The notes below the pieces were generated by a model, which worked only from the letters and a program-made list of their open reading frames with translations, was not told the origin of the DNA and made no database searches. A stretch of 6,485 nt of DNA from Fonticula alba ATCC 38817 (lineage: Eukaryota > Protista > Nucleariida): assembly GCA_000388065.2 (NCBI GenBank), contig KB932203.1. One strand, written 5' to 3'. The stretch's first letter is position 1. Each line of letters begins with the position of its first letter. The translations under genes and the position numbers were made by a program. Below, in pieces: positions 6,118 to 6,485 of the stretch.

Positions 6118-6485
6118 AAGCATCTACACAGCCCGGCATCTGGGAAGCAGGGCAGGGGAGGGGAGAAAGAAAAAGGCAGGCCAGGAAAAGTGTACGCCCT
6201 GGGGCCGAGGGAGCCCCCGGCAGAAATGGGGCTCCTGGCGCGTGCCGGTCACGGGAACATGCGTATAATGTGCAAAAGTACGCACCGGTCGAGCGAAATG
6301 CCCGCCCCCTCCCCGCCCGCTAACCCGGTCTACTTGAGCGGGGACGTGTGCATCCCCGGCCCCCTGGCCCCCGGCTCGGTGCGCTCCTTCCCACCACGGC
6401 GGCCGCCCCGGCATCTCCGCCCCCCCTCCCCCCCCCCGGGTGAGGCCTTCTTCTGCGTCCTCCCTCCCCCTCCTACCGGGGGGGG

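Noticed and set aside
6319-6338. GCTAAC followed by AG, and TATAAT at 6264
   Set aside because: No matching donor or downstream ORF within the window to support them.
1-6485. CRISPR array, tRNA, rRNA or transposase/RT
   Set aside because: No regularly spaced repeats, cloverleaf with A/B boxes, rRNA signature or mobile-element protein motif was seen.

Overview
Eukaryotic, very GC-rich (about 70% by eye) draft-assembly window with a 439-nt N gap (2921-3359). The one well-supported gene is a plus-strand, two-exon GTP cyclohydrolase I (GCH1/FOL2/FolE family): join(4452..4812,4958..5385), 262 aa. It has a fungal-type sequence, and its phase-1 intron sits at the same codon and phase as human GCH1 intron 1. 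Upstream is a probable 5'-UTR intron with three candidate acceptors and an AUGA-overlapping uORF. The remainder appears non-coding and is rich in G/C homopolymers and microsatellites, including an FMR1-like AGG-interrupted CGG repeat. A compositionally distinct block of about 550 nt (1642-2182) has many nested helices, an RNase P CR-I-like motif and a telomere-template-like 9-mer. It is the best candidate for an unannotated structured RNA, but I could not assign it to a family. Most ORFs in the supplied track are artefacts of high GC, repeats or the N gap.
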